DNA of 64,000 nt from Malacoraja senta. Lineage: Eukaryota. Made by a program: the position numbers and the translations under genes. Position 1 is the stretch's first letter; every line of letters begins with the position of its first letter. The stretch lies in assembly GCA_038087875.1 (NCBI GenBank), contig CM075991.1, positions 7,752,001 to 7,816,000 of the forward strand. Reading direction: 5' to 3'. Under the pieces are notes generated by a model. The model did no database searches, was not told the origin of the DNA, and saw nothing but the letters and a program-made list of their open reading frames with translations. Positions 36,819-49,660 of this stretch are shown piece after piece.

Positions 36819-38477
36819 GGTACAGATACGCAAACTCTATACTGAAGCTGTATAATCAGCAGCTTCATGTGTGCATGGTTATCATGTTGGCAGCAGCACC
36901 ATCAGGGGATTGAAGCCATTAGTCCTGAAATTATCTTGTTTTTATTTCCAGCGTAAGATGCCAGCAGGTTTTTAAATTTTGAAATCTGCATTCAGAGGTT
37001 ACATGTGCCAGCATTGTTCGGAGTTTAACCTCCCCTTTTTATTTGCTGTGTGCAATGGCAGATGATACGGACGTAGATACGCTATCTCTCTGCCCTCCAA
37101 GTCACCAGCCAGTAGTGGCAATGGAGTTAATTAATCCTGTCTAGGGATTTAGTGCCGCAATTTTCTTGTGCTATTATGAAATTACCCTAATCTTGCACCA
37201 CCTTGTGTTCATCTCACAGATTAGTTATTCAGACATTTTAATTGCTTGAATTCCACCGTTTTTGATGCCTCCAATTTGAAGCACATTCTTGTGGAATCAC
37301 ATTTAGTATCTTTTTTTTTTTGCACCATATTACGACTTGGAATTAAACCGTCCCCCGTACAATTTGCAGCTCTTTGTCCCACCAGCTGCTTTCAGTCTGA
37401 CAATAATTATCTAAGTACTGAAGATTAATTTATATCACTGACCTTCTTGCGGCACCTCGCCTTTTATGCTGACTTTTTCTGCGTTCCTGCAGGAATTTAA
37501 AATAAACGCGAACACGCCAAAGTCCAGGGAGAGGAATAGAGCAAATTTATTTTGTAACACAGAAAAGTACTGATGTCCTGCCAATATTGCTTCCAGCATC
37601 TTGTTCTGCCCAGATTTAGCCAGACATGTAAATTGGTGAGTGTTAGTGCAGGACTACGCTCAACATTATTCCCTTGTACTGTGCTGTAAATGTTCTGTAA
37701 TACACTGTAAATCCACGTGTAAGTGGCTCGATTATAATCGTGTGTAGTCTTTCTCCTGACCGGATAGCGCGCAATAAAAAGAAAAGCTTTTCACTGTACC
37801 TCGGTCCACATGACAATAAACTAAACTGAACCGACTGATGAACTCCGAACTGTGCTGAAATTCACAATGATGCAAGTTCTGATCTTGTCCCACTCCGAGG
37901 TGACCTCAGCTGAGAAGATGTGACCGCTATGGTGTTGAATGAAGACACGGTTCTTTAGATGATGTTAATCTACTCCATTTTAGAACGGAATCCTTTTTAT
38001 TTCATAGTGGCTATCAGAAAAATAACAGCACAGAACTAACAGTGCTAACCTATTATCGAGAGATACCTGTTGAAATTCTGTTCCCTCCCTGCATCTGTTA
38101 TTCCTTTTCTCAACGCCTGCAGAATGAGTTTGGTAGCTGTTAGTCATTTACAGTTTTATCCCGGCTCTAGGTGTGAAAACATTTCTGCAACATTTCCCTT
38201 TGATACAGAGTTGTTGCCCTGTCTGTGTCTGGTTGCAGCTCTTACCTGGTTTGTGTTTTTCAAAAGGATGTTGTTATAAAGGGAAGTGCCTCAAAGTGCA
38301 GTATATTTGTGAATTGGTTTGCTGATGTCGTATTTTCTCTGCAACCTCTTGCTTCTAAGCAGTAGTTCCATATTGGACAATGATCTTTGAAGTGGTCCAT
38401 GAGGGAATCGGAACCAGCTGGGTAGGTGCCATGAGATGTCAGTCAACTCGGTCAGTGCCATGGATTTGACAGAGTGA

Positions 38478-38901
38478 AGGGGCTGTCCCACTTTCACGAC
38501 TTAATTCAAAACCCCTGCCGAGTTTAAATGACCTAAAAAAAAAATCATGATCGTGGTAATCTACGAACTTCTACGACCTTCCACGACTATGTTCACGAAC
38601 TCCTACGAGTATGTCTACGAATTCCCACGACTATTTCGATGCCCTCCTTACGTGTAAAAAAGTTGCAATTTCTTTCATCCCGACCATTTTCTTACTCGTG
38701 GACATTTTTAATCAGGCTGGAAAAAACGCCCCGACTTACCCGATGCCACGAGTACCTACGACTGGCATAACGGGCCGCTACGATATATCCACGGACTCCT
38801 ATGAACTCCTACGGACTCGTTACGAACATTCTGCGAGTTTGAATCGAGGGGAAAACTTGGGAGAATTCATGAATTACCTCGGGGAAAGTGGGACAGGCCC
38901 T
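38478..38901. mobile_element. Harbinger-like MITE
   Basis: AGGGGCTGTCCCACTTTC...GAAAGTGGGACAGGCCCT; no clear TSD. Confidence 0.75.
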
Positions 38902-39015
38902 TCCCATGTCTCTTTTCGCTTCTGATTCCACCCTGCCATCCAGTCCCGTCCCCTCTAAGTGCCACCGTTTTGTTTCTCAAGGCGACCATCGCAAGTGGTT
39001 AGAGGATGTTTAATC

Positions 39016-39393
39016 GTACAAAATTCTTATGGGGTTGGACAGGCTAGATGCAGGAAGATTGTTCCCGATGTTGGGGAAGTCCAGGACAAGGGGTCACAGC
39101 TTAAGGATAAGGGGGAAATCCTGATGAGGAAAAACTTTTTCACACAGAGAGTGGTGAATCTATGGAACTCTCTGCCACAGAGGGTAGTTGAGGCCAGTTC
39201 ATTGGCTATATTTAAGACGGAGTTAGATGTGGCCCTTGTGGCTAAAGGGATCAGGGGGTATGGAGAGAAGGCAGGTACGGGATACTGAGTTGGATGATCA
39301 GCCATGATCATATTGAATGGTGGTGCAGGCTCGAAGGGCCGAATGGCCTACTCCTGCACCTATTTTCTATGTATCTATGTATCTATGTTTATG
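39016..39393 (+). mobile_element. Young CR1 3' fragment
   Basis: MRKNFFTQRVVNLWNSLP...GTGY, 3' UTR and tail; small internal deletion near 39121. Confidence 0.9.
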
Positions 39394-39593
39394 TACTCCA
39401 TTCGAGAACAGAGCCCTTTATATTTTAGAATGGCTATCATAAAAATATCAGCATAGAATTAACCAGTGCTAACCTATTATCAAGAGGTACCTGTTGAAAT
39501 TCTATGTGGTGGGGAGAGACTTTCACCTCCGGCCCCAAATTCCAAAACTCTGCCGCGAGCAACATTATATTTGACTACTTCCATTGGATACAC

Positions 39594-39856
39594 TGACGAT
39601 AGACACAAAATGCTGGAGTAACTCAGCGGGACAGGCAGCATCTCTGGAGAGATGGAATGGGTGATGTTTTGGGTTGAGACCCTTTTGGGTCGAGACCCTT
39701 CTTCAGACCCGAAACGTCACCCATTCCTACACTCCAGAGATGCTGCATGTCCCGCTGAGTTACTCCAGCATTTTGTGTCTATCGTCAGTGTATCCAATGG
39801 AAGTAGTTAAATATATTGTGTCTACTGTTTAACCCAACATCTGCAGTTCCTTCCTA
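39594..39856. mobile_element. Fold-back Penelope-derived insertion carrying an inverted copy of its flank
   Basis: Inverted repeat 39562-39819; TCCATTGG(A/T)TACAC duplicated at 39580-39593 and 39857-39870. Confidence 0.8.
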
Positions 39857-39902
39857 TCCATTGGTTACACGTTTGCCTCTTGTCCTCCCCCATTTATAGT
39901 TA

Positions 39903-40116
39903 AGAAGGAACTGCAGATGCTGGAAAATCGAAGGTAGACAGAAATGCTGGAGAAACTCAGCGGGTGCAGCAGCATCTATGGAGCGAAGGAAATAGGCAAC
40001 ATGAAGGGTTGGTATGACTGTATGGCATTTATTTGGCAGTCATACCAACCAAATCATACCTTTGCTCCATAGATACTGCTGCACCCGCAGAGTTTCTCCT
40101 GCATTTTTGTCTACCA
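39903..40116. mobile_element. Fold-back Penelope-derived insertion
   Basis: Inverted pLTR halves; perfect 14-bp TSD CCCATTTATAGTTA (39889-39902, 40117-40130). Confidence 0.85.
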
Positions 40117-41291
40117 CCCATTTATAGTTAGGCAGGTTTGAGGGGTGCAGAGGTTAAATTTCAGACGCTGCGAGTTCATAAATGAACAAGTGATAGGAGC
40201 AGAATTAGGCCATTCGGCCCATCATAGTTGCCTCCAGCCCCTCTAGCCTGGCACAGCGGACATGGTGGGGGTGCTGGCTGAGGAATTAATTCATCACAAT
40301 GTTTCAGGGCAAATCTGTCAGTCAGTCTCTGGTTCATTAGTCATAGGTGCAGAAGTAGGCAGTTCGGCCCATCGAGTCTACATGGCTGATTGGCTGGTCT
40401 ATCTTTCCCTCACAACACCCCTCCCCTCGTAACCCTTGACTGCATCTCTAAACTAAATTAAGCATAGATTGGAGTGAGACAATGTTCCTTCCCACAACAT
40501 CCTCCATTTGTAGAGATGCCTAACGGTTTGGGCAAAGCAGCAGGTTTTGAGGGAAAAAACCCCATGTATAAAGGAGAAGAGAGAAGTGGAGAGGTTTTAC
40601 GGAGTGCATTGCAGAGTTTGTGTCTGCCTATGGAGCAGCATTTAAAATTGGGGATGACCACGAAGCTGGAATTATGCCAGCGCATGTAATTGGGATGGTG
40701 TTAGACTAGACGAGAACATGGAGAAGGACTTTAAATGTAAATGTTCACTGATTTGGAAATGAGGTCTCCAAAATGGAAGCATTATTTGATGCAAGTGAAT
40801 GGACATTCGAGAGAAAATGCAAGCTGCAGACTGGTAAATGGCTTTGAGTTTGTAGAGAATAGAAGAAGTAGACAAACCCGCCCGTAATCCTCTTGAATAG
40901 GGCAGTCTAGAGCTGAAGGGGAACACTGTATAAGCCGACCCCTTCCTTTTCGCTCTGAACCAAGCTTTTGTGAACTTATTTACAGTGGAGAGTTGAGAAT
41001 GACTTTGAAGGAAATGCGATCTGATTACGTTCCTTTCTGTTTTTCTTCAATGGTTTTGGATGTTGACCAGCTTGCACTGATAGTCATTCCAAATTCATCA
41101 GACTAATAGCAAAATCAATTTCTCTTGCCTGGCATCTTGATTACTGAGTGGGTTTCTCAACTAATTCATTCACCTATAATCAGTAAAATATCCTATAGGA
41201 TTTTACTGATACCTGTGTAAAAGCAGGAGAGGTGATGAGCTGTGTAGGAAGGAACTGCAGATGCTGGTTGAAACCGAAGATGGGCACAAAA

Positions 41292-42080
41292 ATCAGAATC
41301 ATACTTTATTAGCCAAGTATGTTTTGCAACATACGAGGAATTTCATTTGCCATACAGTCATACCAATAAAAAGCAACAAAACACACAAAATACATTTTAA
41401 CATAAACATCCACCACAGTGACTCCTCCACATTCCTCACTGTGGTGGAAGGTGAAAGAAGTTCAATCTCTCCCTTCTTTGTCCTCCTGCGGTCGGGGGGA
41501 CTCTAACCTTCCATTGACGGGACGATCTTACTCCCGTAGCTGGCGGCGGGCCTCCTCGTCGGGGCGATCAAGCTCCTGCATCGGTGGGGAATCTCAGCTC
41601 ACTCGCGCCGGGCGATCTACTCCGGTGTGCGGCTTTTGGAGCTTCCCAACGTTGGTCTCAACCCGAGACTGCGAGCTCTTGGATGTTAAAGGCCGCTGTT
41701 AGAGCGTCGATCCTAGGCAAGGAATCGACTCCGATGGTAAATCCATGCCCCGCGGTTGGGCTCAAAGTCAGTCCCAAGCAAAGCCACCAGCTCCACGATG
41801 TTGAGCCGCAGAGCGACCGGAGATACCATCCGGAAAACTCCGGATCGTATCTCCGGCAAGGCAAGAGATTGAAAACAAGTTTCCCCCGCCCCCCACCCCC
41901 CCCCCCCCCACATAAAACAAACCAGTGAACAGTAACACAAATTTTTAAAGCACATTAAAAATAACAATAAAAAAGACGGAAGGACAGACAGACTGTAGGC
42001 GAGGCTGCCATCGAAGCATAACAATAAAAAAGACGGAAGGACAGACAGACTGTAGGCGAGGCTGCCATCGAAGCGCCACC
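41292..42080 (-). mobile_element. About 0.8-kb GC-rich non-coding retroposon (unclassified)
   Basis: Same architecture as 52426-53205 and 62127-62926; 57-bp perfect tandem duplication 41961-42074; 3' hairpin, AATAAA, short tail. Confidence 0.7.
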
Positions 42081-43317
42081 CGGTGGTAAAAGCTGAAGTG
42101 CATTGCAGAGGTTGGGTCTGTCTCTGGAGGAGCATTGGGGATGACCACGAAGCGGGAAATATCTCAGCGGGTCAGACTGCATCTCTGGAGATAAGGAATA
42201 GGTGAGCCCCTTCTTCAGAGGTGATGCGGTAATGTGTTTATCGATGTGCAAAGAAATTTATGTGACTCCAATTCAGAGTCCATTAATCCCAGTTCTGCAT
42301 AACGCTGCTGTTTGCTGCTGTGGTAAACACTAATTGGAGAATTTGTGTCGGGGGTGCAATTTATCTTTCCTTTCTAACGTTTGGAAATCAAGTGAATTCT
42401 GCTGAGTGAAATGTTATTCCCTCCTTTTGAGACTTATTACTCAATTTAAAAAAGCTAATGTGGACAATTTTAGCCTTGAGATCCTTATCCTCCTCCTCAC
42501 CAGTACTATCTCAGTGGGGTGTCAACCTGACACTTTAACACAGACAGCACCCATGGTCAGGATTGAACCGGTGTCTCTGGCGCTGTCAGGCAGTAGCTCT
42601 ACCGTTGCGCTGCCGTGCCGAACATGATGCCATTAAACTGACTTCATCTGCCTGTACACGATCTGTATCTCCCTTGCACTACCAAGTGCCAATCTAAAAA
42701 TCCCTTAAATGCCATTATCGTATCTGCCTCCACCACTTGCTTTGTGACGGGGCTGGATTTTGTGATCGATAACTGCACTCTCAGATAGAAGTGACATCCT
42801 GGGGGAATTGCAGGTCAGGATTTGAGTCATCCACGTGCTGTGCTGAGGGCGTTCCTTGTCTCGCTCATTGCTTGAACCAGGGAGAACGTGGATGTTCCAA
42901 GCCTGGCGATCCTCGGCCGGAGTTGACAAAGTTGCCCAGGACGATATGGGTCTCGACCCAAAATGTCGCCCTTTCCTTCTCTCCAGAGATGCTGCCTGTC
43001 CCGCTGAGTTACTCCAGCTTTTTGCGTCTGTCTTCGATATTCTTGAGGACTGGGCTGTAAGATCTCAGAGCAGCTGTGAGACTTGGAAATTTTTCAGCTT
43101 TTATGGAGCCTGAATCAATTGAAACGCTCCTGTGATTGCATGATTGATGCTTGTTCTTCACTGTCTGAAATGTAATTTCCTTCATCTTTCCTGGATTGTA
43201 CAAAGGTGATCTTTTGGCTTTGTTGTCCCGTACTAATTCACTGCCGCTGAGTTAAATGCCCATCTTGAGTGACACAAATGAGTTCTTGAACAAATCCCTT
43301 TTTAAAAAACCGATAGA

Positions 43318-43577
43318 CTTGCTGCCTTGCAGAGCCAGAGACCAGGGTTCGATCCTGACTACAGGTGCTGCTTGTACCTTCTCCCCGTGACTGATGGGAT
43401 TATCCCTGGGTGCTCCGATCCCCTCCCACACTCCAAAGACGTGCAGGATTGTAGGTTAATTGGCTTCGGTAAAGATTGGAAATTGTCCCTAGTGAATGTC
43501 GGTGTACGGGGATCGCTGGTCGACACGGACTCGGTGGGCGGAAGGCCCTGTTTCCGCACTGCATCCCGAAACTAAAC
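43318..43577 (+). mobile_element. HE1-like V-SINE
   Basis: B box and V domain. Confidence 0.8.
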
Positions 43578-43651
43578 ACTTCACCAGAGTCTGAAAGTGC
43601 ATCACAGGAGAGTCATCAAATCAAATTTGACACTGCTCAATGTACGGATGA

Positions 43652-44153
43652 TAGACAATAGACAATAGGTGCAGGAGTAGGCCATTCGTCCCTTCGAGCC
43701 AGCACCGCCATTCAATGTGATCATGGCTGATCTGCCCCAATCAGTACCCCGTTCCTGCCTTCTCCCCATATCCCCTGACTCCGCTATTTTTAAGAGCCCT
43801 ATCTAGCTCTCTCTTCAAAGCATCCAGAGAACCTGCCTCCACCGCCCTCTGAGGCGGAGAATTCCACAGACTCACAACTCTCTGTGAGAAAAGGTGTTTC
43901 CTCGTCTCCGTTCTAAATGGCTTACTCCTTATTCTTAAACTGTGGCCCCTGGTTCTGGACTCCCCCAACATCGGGAACATGTTTCCTGCCTCTAGCGTGT
44001 CAAACCCTTAACAATCTTATATGTTCCAATGAGATTCCCTCTCATCCTTCTAAACTCCAGAGTGTACAAGCCCAGCTGCTCCATTCTCTCAGCATATGAC
44101 AGTCCCGCCATCCCAGGAATTAACCTTGTCAACCTACGCTGCACTCCCTCAAT
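43652..44153 (-). mobile_element. CR1 3' fragment (TTGTCTA tail)
   Basis: MFPMLGESRTRGHSLRIRSKPF...GTGY. Confidence 0.9.
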
Positions 44154-44694
44154 AGCTAGTGATCAAAGCTTAAAGGAAGAATCGTAGAAGAAAGAGCTGA
44201 ATGGAGGGCCTTAAGGAGGGACTACGGTGTGGGAGGAAGGAGCAGCAGTGGGGGGGGGGGGGAGGACGAGCGAGGGTGAGGGGGTTTGAGGTGCAGTGGA
44301 GAGAGGGTAAAGGAGGAGCAGGATGAGGGCAGATGGAAGAACACGAGTGATGAAGAGTGATTTGGGTAGAGTGGTCCGGAGTTCAGGACCTAGGTTGCTA
44401 AAGGAGGCAAAGTCTCCAGAATTGGAGCGGGATTAGCGTATTTAAAAAAGAATGCAGAGATGGGGGAATGGACACATGGAGGAATTTTGGACATGTGGAT
44501 TATTGAAATATTGCCGAAAGAAGATTATTCCCCTTCGGGATAAAGGTTCCCCAGTTTGCTGATGACAACACATTTTGTGCTGAAGTTCCTGTCTCAGTTG
44601 TGACCGATGCAGCCAGAATTGTCTTCCATTGTGAATCTCAAGCTGAGAGTCCATGTTCTAAAGATGTTAAAGCAAAGAAATTGAGACATCGATT

Positions 44695-45437
44695 AACACA
44701 CAACCACCCCACAAACACACCACCACACACACCCACACGCACCCACACGCACCCCACACACACCCCCACACGCACCCCACACGCACCCCACGCACCCCCA
44801 CGCACCCCACACGCACCCCCCACGCACACACACGCACCCCACACGCAGCCCCACACGCACCCCCAGCCCCACCCGCGCCCCACCACCCCCACCCCACACC
44901 CCCCGTCCCCACCCCCCGCCCCACACCCCCTTCCAACACCCCCCCGTCCCACACCCCCCGCCCCCCCCCCCCCCCCGCCCACACCCCCCCCGCCCCCACA
45001 CGCCCCCCCCGCCCCACACGCCCCCCCGCCCCACACGCACCCCCGCCCCACACCCCCCGCCCCACACGCACCCCCGCCCCACACGCACCCCCCCCGCCCA
45101 CACGCACCCCCGCCCCACACGCACCCCCGCCCCACACGCACCCCCGCCCCACACGCACCCCCGCCCCACACGCACCCCCGCCCACACACGCACCCCCGCC
45201 CCCCGCACCCCCCCGCCCCCACCCCCCCCCGCCCCACACGCACCCCCGCCCCCACCACACCCCCGCCCCCACGCACCCCCGCCCCCCACGCACACACCCC
45301 CCACACGCACACCCCCCCCACGCACACCCCACACACACCCCACACACACCCCACACACACCCCACACACACCCACACACACCCACACACACCCCACACAC
45401 ACCCCACAACACACCCCACATCACACCCCACAACACA

Positions 45438-45473
<36 letters not shown>

Positions 45474-45477
45474 ACAC
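44695..45477. repeat. Low-complexity C/A-rich tract (degenerate CACACGCACCCCCGCC / (CA)n)
   Basis: Almost no T; grades into a pure (CA)n run at the right end. Confidence 0.9.
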
Positions 45478-46334
45478 TGCTGGAGTAACCCAGCCGGTCA
45501 GGCAGCATTCCTGGAGAACATGTTTAGGTGGCGTTTCGGCTCGAGACTCTTCTTCAAGTGGGTCTTGACCTGAAACGTTTCCTATCCATGTATTCCAGGG
45601 ATGTAGCCTGACCTGCAGAGGTACTCCTGCACTTTGTGTCCTTTCCAAAGATGTAGGTTGCTTGTTGCATCCCTTTAGAGCTGATTGCATTTCAATCAAC
45701 ACTCCACCAGTCGTGGCAGAACATTGATCATTTATTTTGAAAACAGGAGTGAACTATTGTCCGGCTCAGGATGTAGTATCCTCATCAATTTGAAGAGTGT
45801 GTAAATTTAAACCGTTTTCAATTTTCTCCTTGTACGATACTCTTTTATCTCCAAGTTTACATCTTTAGCGTTTGTCTTCCCATCTGCCAAACAAATCTCC
45901 CCCAGATCTGTATCCACCTATCACTTGCGAATGGGGGGGGGGGGGGGGGGGAAATGGCTACCTCAAGCTAAGTTGATCAATTGTTGGAAAGGTTTGAGGA
46001 AGTGTTTAAAAGCAGGTACGCTGGCATAATAGGGTACAATGTGCCCACATTGACACAGATGGAAGGCAAAGGCACCAGCCCTCTGTATTTATGCAAAGAT
46101 TGAGAACTATTCAGCACGGATCAAGGTGAAGGTAGTGTTGAGAGACTTTAAAAAATGTGATGCATCAGCATAAAAAAACAATATTCCTGATGGAGATGGG
46201 ACAGAAGAATGTGACAAGGTGACAAATCATTTTGTGCTACACAACGCGAAAGATATCTTGATGAGCAGAAACGGTAATCTGAAGGTATCAGTAATAGTTC
46301 AAGCTGCAAAAAAAGCCAGAGGTGGAATAGTTGA

Positions 46335-46670
46335 ACTAAATGCAGAGCCTCTTGCTCAGAGTAGAGGAATCAAACCCAGAGAACGTGAGGTTTAGGGTGA
46401 GGGGGGAGAGAGTTAATAGGAACCTGAGGGGTAACTTTTTCACATAAAGGGTGGTAGGTGCCTGGTGTCCGTGCTGCTGGAGGAGGTAGATGAGGCAGGT
46501 GCTATCACAACGTTTAAGAAACATTCAGACGGATACAAGGATAGAACAGGTTTAGAGGGATATATGGGCCAAACGCAGGCAGGTGGGACCAGTGTAGATG
46601 GGACATATTGGCCGGTGTGGGCAAGTTTGGCCGGAGGGGCTGTGCCACTCTGTAAGACTCTATAACTCTA
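46335..46670 (+). mobile_element. CR1/HER1 3' fragment
   Basis: Reverse-complement homolog of 2316-2650. Confidence 0.7.
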
Positions 46671-47524
46671 AGTGGAATCTGACTATGAGTTTATTGTTTC
46701 ATTAAAAAGCTTATTGTTGTGTTGCAATTTTGGTACCTTGTATCACCTTGTACAGGTTAGGATTGGATTGAATTGAATACTTTATTGACACGTGACAAGT
46801 CGCAGTGAAATTCTTTGCTTGCGTACCTTGTCAAGGTATGCGAATAGTCGCCCATAAAGGGCACTTACAAAGTTACAAAACGCCCCCACGCCAGTTCCCC
46901 ATCTGTTCTTCCCCCACCCCTCCCTCGTGGTGGTCCCCTTACGCCGGGTCCTCCTTTGTTCCTTCCGTCGGCAGCGGCGTCCTCACTCCACGTGTCCGTC
47001 GGTCGACGCCATCACCGACCACCGCACCGACCTCTCCGCTAACACTGCCGGGTACTCTCTGGGCGCCTCCGTGGGGTTCCGTGAACCGCGGACTGGTAGG
47101 TTAATCCACAATACTTGGACACATTAGACATTAACATATTAGTCGTTAAAGGATGCAAAATGCTGGAATAATTCAGCAGGTGTGGCAGCATCTCTGGAGG
47201 ACATGGATAGGTGATGTTTCGGGTTGAGACCCTTCTGCCGATTTGGTCTTGGTCTTATCCAGTCTCGACCTCTTCTTGAACAAGACTGAGTTCCCTGTCG
47301 GGTTTATTGTTGATTACTTTGCTTCTATTCCCAAGGGTGGGAGGACAATAGACAATAGGTGCAGGAGTAGGCCATTCGGACCTTCGAGCCAACACCGCCA
47401 TTCAATGTGATCATCCACAATCAGTACCCTGTTCCTGCCTTCTCCCCATATCCCCTGACTCCGCTATCTTTAAGAGCCCTATCTAGCTTTCTCTTGAAAG
47501 TATTGTTTCAAGGAGAGAGAAACG

Positions 47525-47815
47525 TTAGTGTTTAGTTCAGAGATACAATGGGCCACAGAGTTCGTGCCGACCAGCGATACCCGTACATTAACACAATCCT
47601 ACACACACACACTAGGGACAATTTACAATTTTTCTCAAAGCCACTTAACCTACTAACCTGTACGTCTTTGGAGTGTGGGAGGAAACCGGAGCACCTGGAG
47701 AAAACTCTCGCAGGTCACGGGGAGAACGTACAAACTCCGTACAGACAGCGCCCACAGTCGGGATCGAACCCGGGTCTCTGGTGCTGAAAGGCATCAACTC
47801 TACCACTGCTTCACC
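47525..47815 (-). mobile_element. HE1-like V-SINE, preceded by a CR1 tail at 47344-47500
   Basis: Family motifs. Confidence 0.8.
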
Positions 47816-47888
47816 CTATGTCTTATCGAAGAAAATTGCACGTTTGACATACCCTGAATCTGGCTCTCATATGGGTCCAGTTGCCCTC

Positions 47889-48264
47889 TGAACTACGACT
47901 CCGATCAAGACCGTACACAAAGAATATCGTAGCACAGTGGCGAGTTTCTCAAACAAGTCAGTTTATTCAAGGCCCTTACCAACATAGACCAGGAAACACT
48001 CTGAGAGGACCCAAAGTGTTCAAATGATTCACAGCACTGAGTCTTTTTATACGCTGGGACTCAATTGCTACAAGCAGATTTTACATTTTTGACATTATTC
48101 ATCAGTGGTCAACCTTCAACATTCTTTTCTCTCTTAATTAGAAAACCATTCTCCCATTTATCTTGTAAATGGGTGACTTTTCTTATCTCATGATCAGTTT
48201 TATTGCCCACAGACTGGTTTACAACCTGGCATTTATCTTTTCTCTATGCCTTGTAATCTAAACA
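47889..48264 (-). mobile_element. Candidate solo LTR
   Basis: TG...CA ends with CCTC on both sides; minus-strand TATAAAAA (48044-48051) then AATAAA (47962-47967). Confidence 0.45.
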
Positions 48265-48352
48265 CCTCTTAAATCTATTTATTGTCTCTTCTAACATGAC
48301 CTTTAAGTTACATTCACTGTGTTGGCTTCTGTTCCCCATTGCTCTTCCTGTG

Positions 48353-48798
48353 TGATGAGCGTTTGACGTCTCTGGGTCTGTACTCGCTGGAGTTTAGAAG
48401 GATGAGGGGGACCTCATTAAAACTTACCGAATAGTGAAAGGCTTGAATTGAGTGGATGTGGAGAGGATGTTTCCACTAGTGGGAGAGTCTAGGACCAGAG
48501 GGCACAACTTCAGAATAAAAGGACGTACCTTTTAGAAAGGAGATGAGGGATGAGGAGAAATGTATTTAGTCAGAGGGCGGTGAATCTGTGGAATTCATTG
48601 CCACAGACGCCTGTGGAGGTCAAGTCATTGGGTATTTTGAAGATGAAGATTGACACGTTCTTGATTAGAAAGGATGTCAAATGTTATGGGGAGAAGGCGG
48701 GGGAATGGGATTGAGAGAGAAAGATCAACCATGATTGAATGGTGGAGTAGACTTGATGGGCCAAATGGCCTAATTCTGGTCCTATGACTTCTGAACTT
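48353..48798 (+). mobile_element. Older CR1 3' fragment
   Basis: LGLYSLEFRRMRG and TRGHN motifs, frameshifted. Confidence 0.8.
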
Positions 48799-48892
48799 GT
48801 GTAAGCTCTCGGTTTAAACATATTTTCTAAAGTTCCAGAATTTCCTATATCATGTCTCAAACGAAACCATTGGATCCTCTATCTTTGAGTAC

Positions 48893-49131
48893 GCAGAAGG
48901 TAGACACAAAATGCTGGAGTATCTCAGTAACAGGCAGTTTAGTTTCTCTGGAGAGAAGGAATGGGTGAGGTTTTTGAGTCGGAACCGTTCTTCAGGCAGT
49001 GTGAAGAAGGGTCCTGACCAGAAACGCCACCCATTCCTTCTCTCCAGAGAAGCTGCCTGTCCCGCTGAGTTACTCCCAGCATTTTGCGTCAACCTTCGGT
49101 GTAAACCAGCATCTGCAGTTCCTTCCTGCAC
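48893..49131. mobile_element. Fold-back Penelope-derived repeat
   Basis: Inverted pLTR halves meeting at degenerate hammerhead cores. Confidence 0.75.
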
Positions 49132-49660
49132 ATCGTCAGCAGTGTTGGGTTCACCTTCCCTTGAGATGTGCAGTGTTGGAGCTACTAAAAGCTGCACACA
49201 ATTATAATTGAACACCAGCGGAGAAAATGGCATGCATTGGCAGGATATAAAAGGGGAAGGCAAAATGTTATAAATATGCAAAATTACAGCAGCTGTTGAT
49301 GTCGGGTTTGGATAAATTGAATTATTTGCATATATTGTCGTGATGTTTTGGCATTTGGGATATTGCCAGAAACATTACCCTTTTTTTTAAGCAGACATAA
49401 TGCTTAATGTATCTTTTATATTTTTGCTGCATTGGATTGCATTACGTTATAATAGCTCGCCATCTGCTTTTAAGTAGGATTTTTGCTTAAAATGCATTTC
49501 TAGTTAATTCAATGCAGTGTAATGAGCAACTTCAGTGGAGATGAAAAATATTACCTGCTTTCTTCCTATATAAACAGCACGGCCCACTCAACACCCTGGA
49601 GAATAAATCTGATGGATAGATTTTTTTAAACCTCATTTTATCTATCACAATGGCAAAGCA

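Noticed and set aside
44600..45568. Long Pro/His/Thr-rich and Gly/Val/Cys-rich ORFs on both strands
   Set aside because: By-product of a T-poor low-complexity tract that cannot form stops; may be a poorly polished (CA)n-type repeat
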